In this document: in pieces, positions 40,745 through 55,211 of the stretch
How positions within the stretch are numbered: position 1 is the first letter of the stretch
Layout of the letters: every line of letters begins with the position of its first letter
Assembly (NCBI RefSeq): GCF_006345805.1
Contig: NC_043010.1
Span: forward strand, 40,238,001 to 40,302,000
Direction of reading: 5' to 3'
Origin: Octopus sinensis
Taxonomy: Eukaryota
Length of the DNA: 64,000 nt
Notes under the pieces: model-generated
Told to the model about the DNA's origin: nothing
Databases searched by the model: none
What the model saw: only the letters and a program-made list of their open reading frames with translations
Position numbers and translations under genes: made by a program

Positions 40745-40930
40745 CGGCGCGAATAGAATTGTTAGCGCGCCGGGCAAAATGCTTAGTGGCATTTCGTCAG
40801 TCTTTGTGTTCTGAGTTCAAATTCTGCTGAAGTCGACATTGCGTTTTGTCAAATTGATTACTTGGATCAATGTAATCGACTTAAACACCCCCACCCCGAA
40901 CTTGTTGGCCTTGTCCCAGAATTTAAAGCA
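40745..40930 (+). mobile_element. Degenerate Deu/Nin-type SINE
   Basis: gttagcgcgccgggcaaaatgc...gttctgagttcaaattc..gtcgac resembles the reverse complement of 61600-61680. Confidence 0.55.
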
Positions 40931-41606
40931 AATATTCTATTAGTTAGGTACTATTTCGTAACACTTTTATCAAGATTATATGGATAAATAACTAACACTA
41001 ACCTTAAAGTGAAACACTACACAAAAAGGGGTTTTAAAATAGCGTCGGCAGCTGCATTTCGACACATTGTGATAGAGCACCTACTGTCTGCTGTATTCAG
41101 GTAAGTTCTGAAACTACTGGTCTTTGCAGACGAGATCGCTATGCTTATTAACTATTGTAGAATATTGATTTCGTTACCTCATCTTATATTTAAGATCTTT
41201 TCAACTGTCCACTCTTCCAGATTGATAATTTGGAGAACACCTGCCTTAAAATTCTTAAATAATAGTAATTCTGAGTAGAAGTTTTACTCGTTGATGGACT
41301 GCTGATTTATCAAGGAATCACTACTCACTTGTTTATTTGGTAGCCTGATGAATTGGGAGTTAGTTACCTTATTACGCAATCTTACTGTATAAAGCTTATG
41401 TCACAATAAAAAACCTTAATGAAACAATTGTAGTAATACCGCATATGTGAATGTGTGTATGACGGAGAAAGAAGGATGAGTGTATACATGTTCTAGGCAA
41501 TTAGATTAATTCGACAAATACTTTGATAGGCAATTAATTTTAAAACAAAGAATTTTTTTTACAAAGAATTGCATTGTAAGGTTACTTTGGTCACTGAAGA
41601 ACACAG

Positions 41607-41819
41607 ACGAGTAGGGTCTGAAAAGTTCCTGGCTTTAAATGTATCGCGAAATGTCTAGGCCCAACTTCCAGAGTTCTTTTGCAGGCTTAGAAAAGCTGAA
41701 GACCCGCAGCTATAAATGTGTGAATCTGAGAGAGGAATAAGTGGAATAAAATTATAATTAACTGATTCGTCTGTATTTACTTTTACTCAATTCGAGGAAC
41801 TTTTGGCTAATCCCTCGTA
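41607..41819. mobile_element. Mariner-derived MITE
   Basis: Imperfect TIRs acgagtagggtctgaaaagttcct / aggaacttttggctaatccctcgta. Confidence 0.55.
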
Positions 41820-43428
41820 GAATGCGTTATGATTACTTTTTTCCGATTATCTCTATACATGACAAGAATTATATTGTTCATCTACAGCCTTGTCATTGTT
41901 TCAATTCTTTTTTTGCATCGAATGAAAATTGGTACTCTGTGGAATTAAAATCAAATTGTAATCTTTATGCTTTCGTTTTTTTCCTTTTCTTCACTTTCTG
42001 TTAGTTTCTTTTATAGCTGCATTTCGGGCCCAATTATGCATTTATAACATGGTATAGAATCATCATGCCCACATCTTCAAACATGCATACCAGGAACAAT
42101 ATAGAGAATAGAGGAATATTACAAATTAGATGAGAAACTAAAAGTTAAGCAAAGCAAATGCAATAAATCATAGACAATCTTTCCAAGAAACTGATCAATT
42201 TCGTGAATTTTATCTTTGTTTCTACTGTTTACACAATTATTCTTACCATTATGGCGAATTACTTGACGGGGTTTAAGCTTTTAAAAACGTTATTAAAAAT
42301 AATATGCAAATTCATTTCAAGGCGACGTTGATATATCATGAGAACTTTGGGTCAAATAAAAATATGTTTAATATCAAAAGAAAAGTAGTGAAAGAGATAT
42401 AGAAAAGTAGAAAATATAAAAATATATACATGATGATTTAGTCAGGAGAATGTGTATTTATTCAGGCTAACCTGTATTTCTTCTGACCGTGTGTGTGATT
42501 GTGTGTGTGTGTATGTGTGTGTGTATGTGTGTGTGTATTATATATTATGTATTATGAATACTATTTTAGACTTTTCGTGATAATTTCTCATATATTAAAA
42601 AGCATTAAAGCATGTTATCGTATTTTATTTTCTCATTTATTTGCGTATCGAACACTATTAAAGATCAATCAAGTAAGCCTATGATAATACAAATATATAT
42701 TTGAACGGAGGTTTGATGCGTAGGAAAATGTTAGAAGAATATTATTATAGTTTTTTCAATCAGTGTAAAATCGGATAGAGTTTAATGTGCGATATTAGCA
42801 ATTGCATTGTCTGTTTATTGTGGGGTTGAACTATTTATGGGTGTTTATTATCAGTTCTGTCACGGTGGGATTATTTCTAAATCTTTATGAATGAGGACAT
42901 ATTTGCGCAATTCATTTCATATGTTTAAAATGTACACATATTTCACCGTTTGTCACAGTCATATTACTTAGCTCCATTAATGAGACGGGTTTCACCTACA
43001 TATACTAACATTCTGGACTGTATCTACTATCAGGCTACACTTATAATAAACTAGAACGTCTTGGTCACCCTCTTGCTCTTTCCTCTTTCTTTCCTATCGC
43101 CATTACAAATGACCTTACGCCTCCGGAAACATCCACTCCACCACTTCTCATTCCTTGCATTTTCTCACTCTCGCAACGTTTTCCCTTCCCCACCTACACC
43201 AAACAGAAAGTCTACTAAAAATGGCTTCCTTGTCTGGATTTACCTATAGCTTTTGCCCCGCAAATATTTATGAATGATTTATGGGGCCTTCAGACGCACT
43301 GGACAAAATCTCTATTACACGCAACCAAAAACAAAACCAAAATTAAAGAGTGGACTATTGTGAAACACTGAAAGTTCAGTTCCTTATATTGCAGTAAATT
43401 AATATAAAATTAAGAGAAAATTATATAG

Positions 43429-43812
43429 AGGCGCAGCTGTGGCTGTGTGGTAAAAAGTTTGTTTCCCAATCACATGGTTCTGGGTTCAATCCCACTGTGT
43501 GGTACCTTGAACGAGAGCCTTCTATTATAGCCTCGGGCCGACCAAGGCCTTGTGAGTAGATTTGGTAGACGGAAAAGGAATGAAGCCAGTTTTTTTATGT
43601 ATAAATATATATATATGTGTGTGTGTGGTGTGTGTGTGTGTGTGTGTGTATGTGTGTTTACCCCCTGCCATCGCTTGACAACCGATGCTGAGGTGCTTAT
43701 GTCCACGTAACTTACAAAGAATAGGTCCTGATATCGCTTTCTTCGACTAACACCCTTTAAAGCGGTCCTCCAGCATAGCCGCAGTCAAATCACTGAAACA
43801 AATAAAAGAATT
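43429..43812 (+). mobile_element. tRNA-derived SINE (family of 750-1172)
   Basis: ggcgcagctgtggctgtgtggtaa...ggttcaatccc head; tail gccgcagtcaaatcactgaaac. Confidence 0.8.
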
Positions 43813-43823
43813 AAAGACCATAT

Positions 43824-43889
<66 letters not shown>

Positions 43890-43977
43890 ATTAATTCAAA
43901 CATGAAAACAGAAAGAAAAAACAGAACAACGCGAGGATGTGGAACAAAACGGTCACGAAGGAAAGAAAGAAGGAGGA

Positions 43978-44010
43978 TTTAACGTTTCGAGCGGAGCTGT
44001 TCGTCAGAAA
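43978..44010 (-). ncRNA. Minimal hammerhead in a ~190-bp insert within (TA)n
   Basis: Minus strand: ttt CTGACGA a cagc tcc gctc GAAA cg TT aaa; canonical core, ACGU palindrome, one stem II mismatch. Confidence 0.7.
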
Positions 44011-44066
44011 CGTAGTAAAAGGAAACATCCGAGGAAGGGAAGATGGAGGAACGATACCCACGCGGT

Positions 44067-44121
<55 letters not shown>

Positions 44122-44190
44122 TATATATAATATATATATATATATTAGAGAGAGAGAGAGAGAGAGATATATATAGATAGAGAGATAGAC

Positions 44191-44240
<50 letters not shown>

Positions 44241-46276
44241 ATAGACATATTCATTTACATATACATATAGATATGTGTATATATATTAACTGTATAAATA
44301 TATCCGAATATATCACTGAATTACTCTGAAGCCTGTTGTGTTATTCTTAGTCAACCTTGATCAAGCGCCAAAATCTCTTAGTATTCCTCTCAATTGTATT
44401 TGATTATCAACATTACCAACTATGTCTTTCTTCTTGGAATAGAGAGTGATTCATTCAGCTATATGCACGGTTGCACAGAGGATAACTTGTTGAGACTAAT
44501 TCGCAATTGGTACGTTTGTTCCCTCTCACTACTTGCTGTTGGAGCATTTCCACATGAAATATCGAACTCATCCAACTTTAAGTACCACTAGCATTATATT
44601 TTATTTTACTACCTTATACAGTGGTAAAATTGTAGAATTTATGATTTCACAAGTGAAATATATCTACACTTAAGCATTATTTTTCCTCTGTGCAATTTAA
44701 ACATACACTAACAGTCAATTAGCTTCAGTTCCATCTACAGTATGTTTATTTGTTTTTCGTAAAATTATTGACAAATAGGTTTAGTATGGTGGACATAATG
44801 TCACTTCTCTTCAAACGATTATTATAAAAGCATGAAGTAAACATTTACACCGTTTTAACAATTTTGAATAAGCATTTCAATGTAACAGCATATCAAAAGT
44901 CTGGTCATTTCACTAAAAAGTTATGTGATATGATAAAAGAAAACATTAACAGAAATGTTGACAAAGTTAATTCATAAAAATTACTGCTGTATTAAAATTT
45001 CAAGATTAGTATGAATTTCAACAAATTGTTTCAGTAAATTAAGATCTGCAGAATTTTGTTTTTTTACAGTGCTATTTCATAATGAAGTTAAATATATCTA
45101 AAGGCTGTCCAAAACAATATTTGTGCAAACTATTTTCAACAGTGAAGTAGCAAACAATTTAAAACATTTTCAAAGTACTTCACAATAACGACTAGAACCA
45201 AACAAGTTCGGACATTATTCATGTTTGTTAAAAGCAAAGATGATAAATTGCTATGAATTATTTGTCTAAAATTTACCAATTATTACATAGCTTTTAATTA
45301 TTTTTATTTCCTTCTTCAGTTTTGCAATTGATTTCGGTTGTAGTTTCTAAAGCAAAGGAATTATCGAAAATGTTAATCTATTAATGCGTACGTAGATACG
45401 CGAGTGTTCTTGGGCGTTATCGAAGAGAAAAGTAAAATATTTAAGTGCCGACTTCCATTATCATGATGGCTGAATGATCGATGCGGCTATGAGTTTGACC
45501 TGGTGGATTTTCACAATTTATATAAGTACCGATAGCTTATGTGAAGAAAGATATTTCTGCTGCAGGAAATAAATCATTTAAAGATTATGCGTTGTTAATT
45601 AACAATACACGCGGCGTGTGAGAGTTTCGCAGCTGGATGTTTCAATAGAATTAGCCTCAATAGAAAATGAATAGAGGTCGGAGTGGGGGACAGATACCAT
45701 CAAATAAGCAGAACTTAGCTATGGCAGTGTTTATGTCTCCTATTACTAACAGTATTTATTGTATACAAATATAGCTTTCGTTTATAAAATTTTGATATGA
45801 TATATAGTTTCCAATTGCTTCGTAGCTAGTACATCTGCAGTTATCTAATTTTCATATGGACGACCTGAAGTGGGCTCTTATCTATTATATATGCTGATAT
45901 GTCAACTCTCGGAAGGGCTAATAACCATGAATTATACTTCATGATAGCTGTCAAAATATCTATAGCAAAGGTTACTAACACATTTAACATGAGTTGAATT
46001 GCCATATATATGAAATACATGTGAAAAGTAGCTGCAGGTTTTCGAAACAAACGGTATGAATAAATTACAGGCAAGTAAGATTGTTTGGAATTTAAGTAGA
46101 GGATTTACAATGTATCAGTGATACAACTATAGATAGCGAACAGGAAGTGATGCCACGCTGACTCACAACATGAATTCGTTATGGAAGCGTAATATGTACT
46201 TTAATACCTTCTCATTTTAGTCTGCTGCAATGGTTTATAAACGAAAACCACGCATAGCCTGTTTATCATCTATCTA

Positions 46277-46365
<89 letters not shown>

Positions 46366-46400
46366 ATATATATATATATATCTTTCTTTCTTTCTTTCTA

Positions 46401-46463
<63 letters not shown>

Positions 46464-46916
46464 GTGCGTGTGTGTGCGCGTGTATACATACATGAATGTA
46501 TATATATGTATATATTTACAAAATATAAAGTTATATCTTCAGTGACAACAACACTCAAGATATACAGCGGACTGGAAATAGAAGTGCTCCAACGAGCTGT
46601 ATACACTTTTTTTATATGCATGTATGTATGTATGTATGTATGTATGTATTATGTATGTATGTATGTATGTATGTATAAATAGATGAGTGTATTTTTGCCT
46701 TGTTAACACGGAAAAAATAGATAAAAAGTTACCAGGGTAGCAAAAAATCACACAAGTAAAGAGGTTGTAACTCCTTGTTTTTAAAGGTAGAAACTTCGAG
46801 TTTACGTGGATTTTTTTTTGTATAATATACAAAGAAATGGAGTTTAACACAGGTATAATTCAAATATATATATATATATGTATATATGTATATGTGTATA
46901 TATACATATATATATT

Positions 46917-46979
<63 letters not shown>

Positions 46980-47693
46980 TTATATTTATATTTATATATA
47001 CACGTTCTCCAAAACACAGATAGAAACACAGACATATACACATGTACGTGTGACACTTTATGTGTGCTCCGGTATATGTGTGACGGATGATCGTTATCGC
47101 AAGCTCTTGCGTGCACAGAGTGCTCTATAAACCACGATATCAGGAGTTATCTTTCATAAAATATTCGTGAAGGATAATCGTGGTATTAAGCATCGGCAAA
47201 CTATATACATGATAGGATTAACTGGATATGCAGATGTATGTGTGTGTGTGTGTGTGTATGTGTGTGTGTTTGTGCGTGTGTAAAAGATATTAATATAAAT
47301 ATATATATATATATTTGTAATATATGTAGTACATTTATATCAGTCTAAAATAAATTTGGTTCTTTAAAGTTTCATATCTTTAGAGAAATTATGAGACGCG
47401 AAAGAAGCAATACAATTGCCTCATAATGGTAAAGCTGAAATATTTTCAGTAACTGGATTATTTTTTTTCTGTTTTCATCGAAATATTAAGTTCCTTGTTA
47501 CTCTGCTCATAATTTCAGCGTGAAACCTATCTCAGATTCATACATATATACATACATACATGCGCGCATACAAACATGCATACATACATGCATGCATACA
47601 TACACATACATACATACATACATACATACATACATACATACATACATACATACATACCTACATACATACATGCTTACATGCATACATACATAA

Positions 47694-47744
<51 letters not shown>

Positions 47745-48499
47745 TTATGTATACACGTTCCCCAAAACACAGATAGAAACACAGACATATACACATGTAC
47801 GTGTGACACTGAAACGATCGTAGTGTTTTAATCATTATCTTTTATTAATCTTTTAATACTTTTGATATATATTTAAAATAATTTAAATTAATTAATTTTA
47901 TGTATTGGCTTAAGTTTTTCATTGTTTGATTTGCGTAATAGTGGTTATATCTCTAATTTAATATAATATAAATACTTATATATATATATATATACACATA
48001 CATACATACATGCATACATACATATGTACGTACGTACATACATGCATGTATACATACATATATACCTACATATACACATACATACAAGCATGCATGCATA
48101 CATACATACATGCATAAATACATACACACATACATACATGCATACATACACACACATACTTGAATTCATACATACATACATACATATATACATACATACA
48201 TACATGCATACATACATGCATGCATGCATAATATATACATATATATATATACATACATATATACATGCATACATATATACATACATTTATACATACATTC
48301 ATATATAAATCATCATTTCGTGAACATCACGAAGCGATGAGTACTTTTACCAAACGTCGTTTGTAGTCATATGACCTCTGATGATTATGAAGTCCGATTC
48401 GAGAGAGATAGATACGTCCGCAGGTGGAGCATGTAAAGCCGTGCTGCTGTTGACTTCCAGGACTCCGCACATGCCGCTGGGCGCGGTTTGCCACTTCAC

Positions 48500-48740
48500 A
48501 TCAGGAAAAGAGATCTATGGACAACTGCTTCGAAACCTTGAATTTCTATATCCAGAATATGAATTTATATTCATACCAATAATAATTCGAGCACTAGGTT
48601 TTGTTAGTAAATGCTGAAAGGAAAATCTGGATAAAACGGGATTTTCAGAACGAAATATCGACCGGCTAATTTATACACGACAAGTGCAATCTGTGAGCGG
48701 AACTGTAGAAATATGCAAGACATTCCTCAAGTTCCAAATG
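48500..48740 (+). pseudogene. RLE-type LINE extreme C-terminal fragment
   Basis: KEIYGQLLRNLEFLYPEYEFIFIPIIIRALGFV resembles the K..KY..L...IPVVIGALG motif. Confidence 0.55.
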
Positions 48741-48892
48741 TGAATTTCTCTATGTTAAGCACATCCCAAGGATGGAACCTTGTCTCTTTGTTGAAAACCG
48801 GCTTCCTCCTCAGTGTAAGATTTATAATAAATAAAAAAATATAGAAGAGACATACATACATGTGTGCGTGCATGCATGCAAGCGTACATGAG

Positions 48893-49030
48893 CAGCTCTT
48901 CCAATTTCCGTCTACCAAATCTTCTCACAAGTCTCTGGTCGGTCCGGCGCAATAAGAGACGACTGGCTTAAGATGGCGCGCAATAGGACTGAACCGAAGA
49001 CCACATGGTTTGGAAGCTAGTTTCTAAACC
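48893..49030 (-). mobile_element. SINE 5' half
   Basis: tttccgtctaccaaat...ggactgaacc...ccacatagccacgcctgcgcc. Confidence 0.7.
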
Positions 49031-50244
49031 ACATAGCCACGCCTGCGCCTCAGCGTTTTTCTTCTTTTATATTACGGCTATAAAAGGATAATTATCTCTT
49101 ACAGCAGACTTTCTCATTCTACTTTAGTACGCCATGGAAAATCTATCAGTTTTACGGCCATATTATGATCAGTGGTATATATGAATTTGTTTTAGTTATG
49201 ATATTTACTTATGTAATGTCTCAGAATATGAACTCATAGAATTCTCTGCTTCGAATAGTTTGCACGAAGAAATAAGTTCTTTGTATTCGCAATATATCAG
49301 CCTATGTATATATGTATATATGTATGTATACATGTACGTATGTAAGTATTAATAAATGTAGGTATTATGTAATATGTATGTATGTACGTATGCATGTATG
49401 TTTGTATGTATGGATGTGTATGTAGGTTCACATGTAGAGGAGAGATAGATACAGACGGACGCAGTGGGAATGAAGTGGAGAAGATGGGATTATAAAACCA
49501 GAAACAAACACAAGATTGATATATTTAATAATCCATATGCTAACAATGGTTTCAATGTTGATGATGTAACCACTTCATCAAAGGATGGACATGAAATATT
49601 TGCTTGGTTTACTCACTAGTGTATTTATACGATAACAAATTAGAGAAAAAAGTGAAGAACGAAAAAAAAATCTGATTTAATGTCGATGTGGTTGAGTCAG
49701 AAGCATTATCACCCACAGTTTATGCTTGTTGGTAAATCGGATATTAATTAAAATACGGTGCCGTTAACAGTCAGAGTTTTGCGGCTGTCAAAAAGAATGG
49801 AACATAACATATAATAGCAGTAGAGTAATTTATATTTGACAAATAGAGATATATTGAAAATATCCTAATTCAGAAATTCAGATATATCGAATATTTCTAT
49901 GTATGTATTCGTTTAGAAACAGAGCAGTACGTACAAATTTCCACCATATAAAAAAAACACAACAACAAAAGATGATATACATGTTTACTCGCGCATCAGT
50001 CGGCGTATATTCAGTCACATAAATGTTCTCACATGTATAAGGCCGTGCAGCTCCATCTACGTTCATACACAGACATGTATCCGTGCATAAACAAATATGG
50101 ACTTAGTCGTAATTACATACTCGGAGATCTCTTTGCGCAAATATTACGATAACGTTTATACGTGACCAAATAAAGTTTTACACTAGCTGGTAGATGGAGA
50201 TAAATATGTGATATATGTGTATATATATATATAAATATATAAAT

Positions 50245-50306
<62 letters not shown>

Positions 50307-50333
50307 ACATACATACATACATACATACATACA

Positions 50334-50366
<33 letters not shown>

Positions 50367-50401
50367 GTATGTTTATATGTATAGGTGCAGACGTCGGTTA
50401 T

Positions 50402-50565
50402 GGGCGCCGGCGAGGCTGTGTGGTAAGAAGCTTGCTTCCCGACTACATGGTTCTTGGTTCAGTCCCACTGCATGGCACCTTGGACATGTGTCTTCTTCTA
50501 TAGCCTCGAGCTGATCAAAGCTTTCTGAGTGGATTTTGTAGACGGAAACTGAAAGAAGCCTGCCG

Positions 50566-50600
<35 letters not shown>

Positions 50601-50840
50601 ATGTGTGTGTGTGCGCGCGCGTGTGTGTTTGTGTGTGTATTTGTGTGTTGTTATGTCTGTGTTTGGCACCCTCACCATCGATGTTGGTGTGTTTACGTCC
50701 CCGTACCCTGGCGGTTTGGCACAAGAGACCGATAGAATGAGTACCAAGCATACAAAGAATAAGTCCTGGGGTCGATTTGTTTGACTAAAGGCGGTACTCC
50801 TGCATGGCCGCAGTCAAATGACTGAAACTAATAAAAAAGA
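50402..50840 (+). mobile_element. tRNA-derived SINE, full length
   Basis: ggctgtgtggtaagaagcttgc...ggttcagtccc head; internal microsatellite; tail gccgcagtcaaatgactgaaac. Confidence 0.82.
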
Positions 50841-50845
50841 ATAGA

Positions 50846-51021
<176 letters not shown>

Positions 51022-52553
51022 ACATATTGCTAAGTCAGCCATAGATATATATGGCAAATGTATATACTGACAGGGTGAATTAGCTGTTCTACAGAACCAT
51101 TGGAAGCATACTGTTGACAATTCTCATTGGGATGAAACTGTGCACTCCAGTGTTCTAGCTTTGCTTCGCTCATGGGGGAGTTATCTTGCCTGTCATTTCA
51201 CATGAAGGTCCTTTACGGCAGCTATAAGTGGTTTAACGCTTATTGGTAGCTATATATGTGCTTGTAGCATATACAGTCAGAAATAATGACTCAATTTTGC
51301 CGATATTGTTTATATTGTATCGAGCTGTCAACATTAATTTTATACTATATAATTTGGCATTTCATTAGGTAAGTAGGTGATAATCTAACTCTGCTCTCGT
51401 CAGAGTGGCTAATGTAAAAAGTTTGGTGATGGGTCACTGCTATTAGAGACCAGCAAGTACAACACCCACTTTCTTGGTCCTGTGAAAAAAAACAGTATGT
51501 GTTTGTGAGGGAAGTTTAGAAGGATTTCATCAAAATTCATATCCCTTGCTCGTATGCGTGTGTGAATATATATATATATGAAATTGTAACCACGAGTGTA
51601 ATGAGTAGAACTGTTTACAAGTATGACTTTGTGCGGACGTCCTAGTATGCAGTCCTGCAAATTATATTCATCTGGACGGTCGCACCGATGATCTACGGGC
51701 ATTTATGTAAGGAAAATTACGCAATGTGTTAATAGTGAAATATGTATGCGAATAATCCATATTTTTATTGCTCTTTCTTTTGACTTGCTCGATTACGTTT
51801 TGGTTGTTTTGCTTCCTTTTTTCTTGAGAACATTTCTTAGTGATAAGACCATAGCGGATCTATTTCTAGCATAAGGGTGTCCACATAGTGGTTTCCCTCT
51901 AATATGTATATAATATATACATGTGTACATGTGAGTGTGTATGTATCTATGCATACATATATGTATCTGACTCAACTACTGGGACAAACATACAGACATA
52001 TATACGTTAAGTTTGGTGCTAAAAGACTTGAATGAGTGATTGAATAACATTTATTTTACTATATTTAGACCTTTAATATTTTGATGAATATCATTATCCT
52101 ACTGAATGCTCCAGGCAGTCAATAAAACCGACGCAGGTTTTATATTAATTAAATTTCACTATATATAAAATATGATCTTTGGCAGTATGATGAGAACTGC
52201 AAAATTGATTTACCTTGTTAATATAATATTAAACCTCATCGACACTGAATAAGTTATGAATGACAATGTCTTAAACTACAGAAGGTCTAAAATGAATATT
52301 GAGGGTCGTGCTAATATACAATAATCATGGCCGCGGTCTAATAACTGAAACAAGTGAAAGATAAAAAATGAAAGATATTAAATGTATTTTGGCGTATAAT
52401 ATTAATTGAGATACGCTAAACTACATGAGGATGATGATGGAATATTGTGAGGTATTTAGCTCGAGATTAATGTGGTAGAAGGAAGATATGAAAATGCAGT
52501 AAAAATGGACGAGTAATTACGTTACAATATCAATTCTAACAGGTGTGGGTGTA

Positions 52554-52601
<48 letters not shown>

Positions 52602-52607
52602 TGGAAA

Positions 52608-52730
52608 AAGAACCAGAATATCACAAAACTGAAACATGACAAAACCCGGAACATCACAAAAACCGGAACATCACAAAAACCGGAACATCACAAAACCCGG
52701 AACATTACAAAAACCGGAACAACACAAAAG
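52608..52730 (+). repeat. 19-20-bp minisatellite (aaaaccggaacatcacaa), about 6 copies
   Basis: Direct inspection. Confidence 0.85.
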
Positions 52731-53176
52731 TAAAAACAAAAACTCAGCAGATAACTGCAAAAATAATAATACTCCAAAATATTGTCGGAAGAAATTTGCA
52801 TGTGCGCTCAGGAAACAATACATGTAGAAAAAATACATCATGTAGAAATGCTCAATCACCGCACAACAACATAAATACACATACAGCCGAAAACCAATTT
52901 AAGGTCCTTTATCGCAGCCATATCTCCTCATTCCGAAAGATAAGCCGGTGACACGCAACATCACTATCAGACCTAACATGGAGATTAAATGAAGGAAAAT
53001 AAAATATAAAATAGAAGGGTCAGTAATAAAAAAGATGCACACCCATATAATACACTATCCGGCCCATATGACCTGTGCCTTGAGGAAGTCTTGTGCATTT
53101 TGTTAAGTATATATATATATATACATATATATATATGTATATATATATATGTATATATATATATGTATATATATAT

Positions 53177-53764
53177 AAGCAATAATAAATCTCTGAGCGA
53201 GATGTAAACAGTAAGCGCTCGACAACGTAAAGTATGCTAGCCATCTTAATATGGCTAACCACTAGGGGAGGGGGTGTTACTGTAGCTTTTTAGCCCCAGG
53301 AGATCATCCTCTCCAGCTGGCTTTAGACACAATCCTGTACCCTTTAATGATATTCGCAAAGGGAGCTTATCCCCCTTCGAAAACCTAAGTGATACGCATG
53401 GACTGCAGTTTCGAGATTATTGTCTCTTGTCAACACACGCTAATCACGGGTTTTCGATAAGAGAGACCTGTTTGCGAATATCTATTTAATGTTTTTCCTG
53501 TAACCACTGTCACTGATTTCGAAAAACGGTCTGAAAGCAATAATAATCTCTGAGCGAGATGTAAACAGTAAGCGCTCGACAACGTAAAGTATACTAGCCA
53601 TCTTAATATGGCTAACAACTAGGGATGGGGGTGTTACTGTAGCTTTTTAGCCCCAAGAGATCATCGTCTCCAGCTGGTTTTAGACACAATCCTGTGCCCT
53701 TTAATGACTGCAGTCCATGCGTATCACTTAGGTTTTCGATGGGGGATGACCTCCCTTTGCGAAT

Positions 53765-53770
<6 letters not shown>
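53177..53770. mobile_element. pLTR-like element in (TA)n: direct repeat + terminal inversion + decayed HHR at 53395-53439 (-)
   Basis: 53177-53350 repeated at 53537-53707; 53347-53408 inverted at 53706-53769; minus strand cgtgtg TTGACAA gaga caataa tctc GAAA ctgcag TC catgcg. Confidence 0.7.
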
Positions 53771-53807
<37 letters not shown>

Positions 53808-55211
53808 CCACGTTTACTCACACGGACACACATATACCCCGACATGTTAGAATTGGTAATGTAACGTGTGGAGCTTAAAGTCGAACTTCGATCGCCTTAC
53901 AACAAAGTGGAAAATAGGGGAACAATTCACACCATATGTTACATGGCCAAAAGAATATAAGCTATGCGTAGGTGAAAGAACTCAGATCATTATCAGATCG
54001 AAGAACTCTAACACACTGCTCAATTCTATATTCGAAATTATCAGCTGTTTTAAATATATGGTTAAGTTCCTGTTGAGAAATTGAAAAGAGCCACTCCCCT
54101 CTGGATTGGATAGCTGTGCCACAGATTCTAAGCCATTATATTTCAGCCTTATGCTTACATTCTAATTTCCCACTTCTGCTTCTTTCTGTTTTCGTTTTCT
54201 GAGTTCTTTTTCTGAATCTACTTCTTCCTTGACTTTTAGCAATTTTCTCCCATCCTATCATCCCATTTGTAGTTTGTTATCCCATGTGAGCAGTACCTGA
54301 AGATTGCGCTGAGACGCCAGACGTGTTAGATAATACAGGTTGGCATGCTCTCATCACGTGAATCTAACAGTTGCACTTAACATATATTGTGCTTATTAAA
54401 TAATATTTATCTATCAACAGACGGAGTACTTTTTCTTTACCTTGCCATCAAGGAACATTGCAATGTGTTTGTGTATGTATGTGTGAGTGTGCGTGTGCGT
54501 GTGCGTGTGTGTTTGTGTGTGTGTGTGTGTGTGTTTGTGTGTGTAATTTACGAAACCTGTTTCGGTAAAATTTTAATGGAGTCGTAGAAGACTTACATCA
54601 TAATATGCAATCTGCCACCATCAGGTAATATTTTAAACAGGTACGTTTTTAAAAAGGTAAGATTCTAAACATCCACCAGGGCATAGCCTCGCTTGTACAT
54701 ATTGATAGGGGTGACTATATTCATATATCTGAATATATGTATTAAGTGTTATGCACCAAGTTTCAGGCAACCGTTTTGCACATAGAAATCTGAAATTTTA
54801 GATAGGAGCATATCTTCAGAATAAGGTAATAAACAAATTTCTATTAGGTATACCAGACGAAGCCACATCGCAGAAAATATCGCAAGGAAAGATAGTTCAA
54901 GCCAACCCATACTGCTTTATAAGGTCCGAAGCTGGAGAGGCTGCTAGTAGCTGAGTCTAAAATAAACAATCAGCGCTTATAATGGCTGTGCCAATAGCAT
55001 TAGTACTAATGGCGATTACAGCCTCTGGCTGAAACCGATAATAGAATAATAATGAGGTAAATATATCTGCAGGATCAGCATTTTCAGGAAACTCTATTTG
55101 GTGATGTTTAATCGATATTCATATACTTATATACATTTATATATACATTGCAATACATTCTAGGTTAAAGGATTGGGAATTTTCGTAGGGTTCCAAGAAT
55201 ACAACAAAATT

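Noticed and set aside
52608-52730. Regular 19-20-bp repeats, superficially CRISPR-like
   Set aside because: Head-to-tail with no unique spacers, no cas genes, eukaryotic context; a minisatellite
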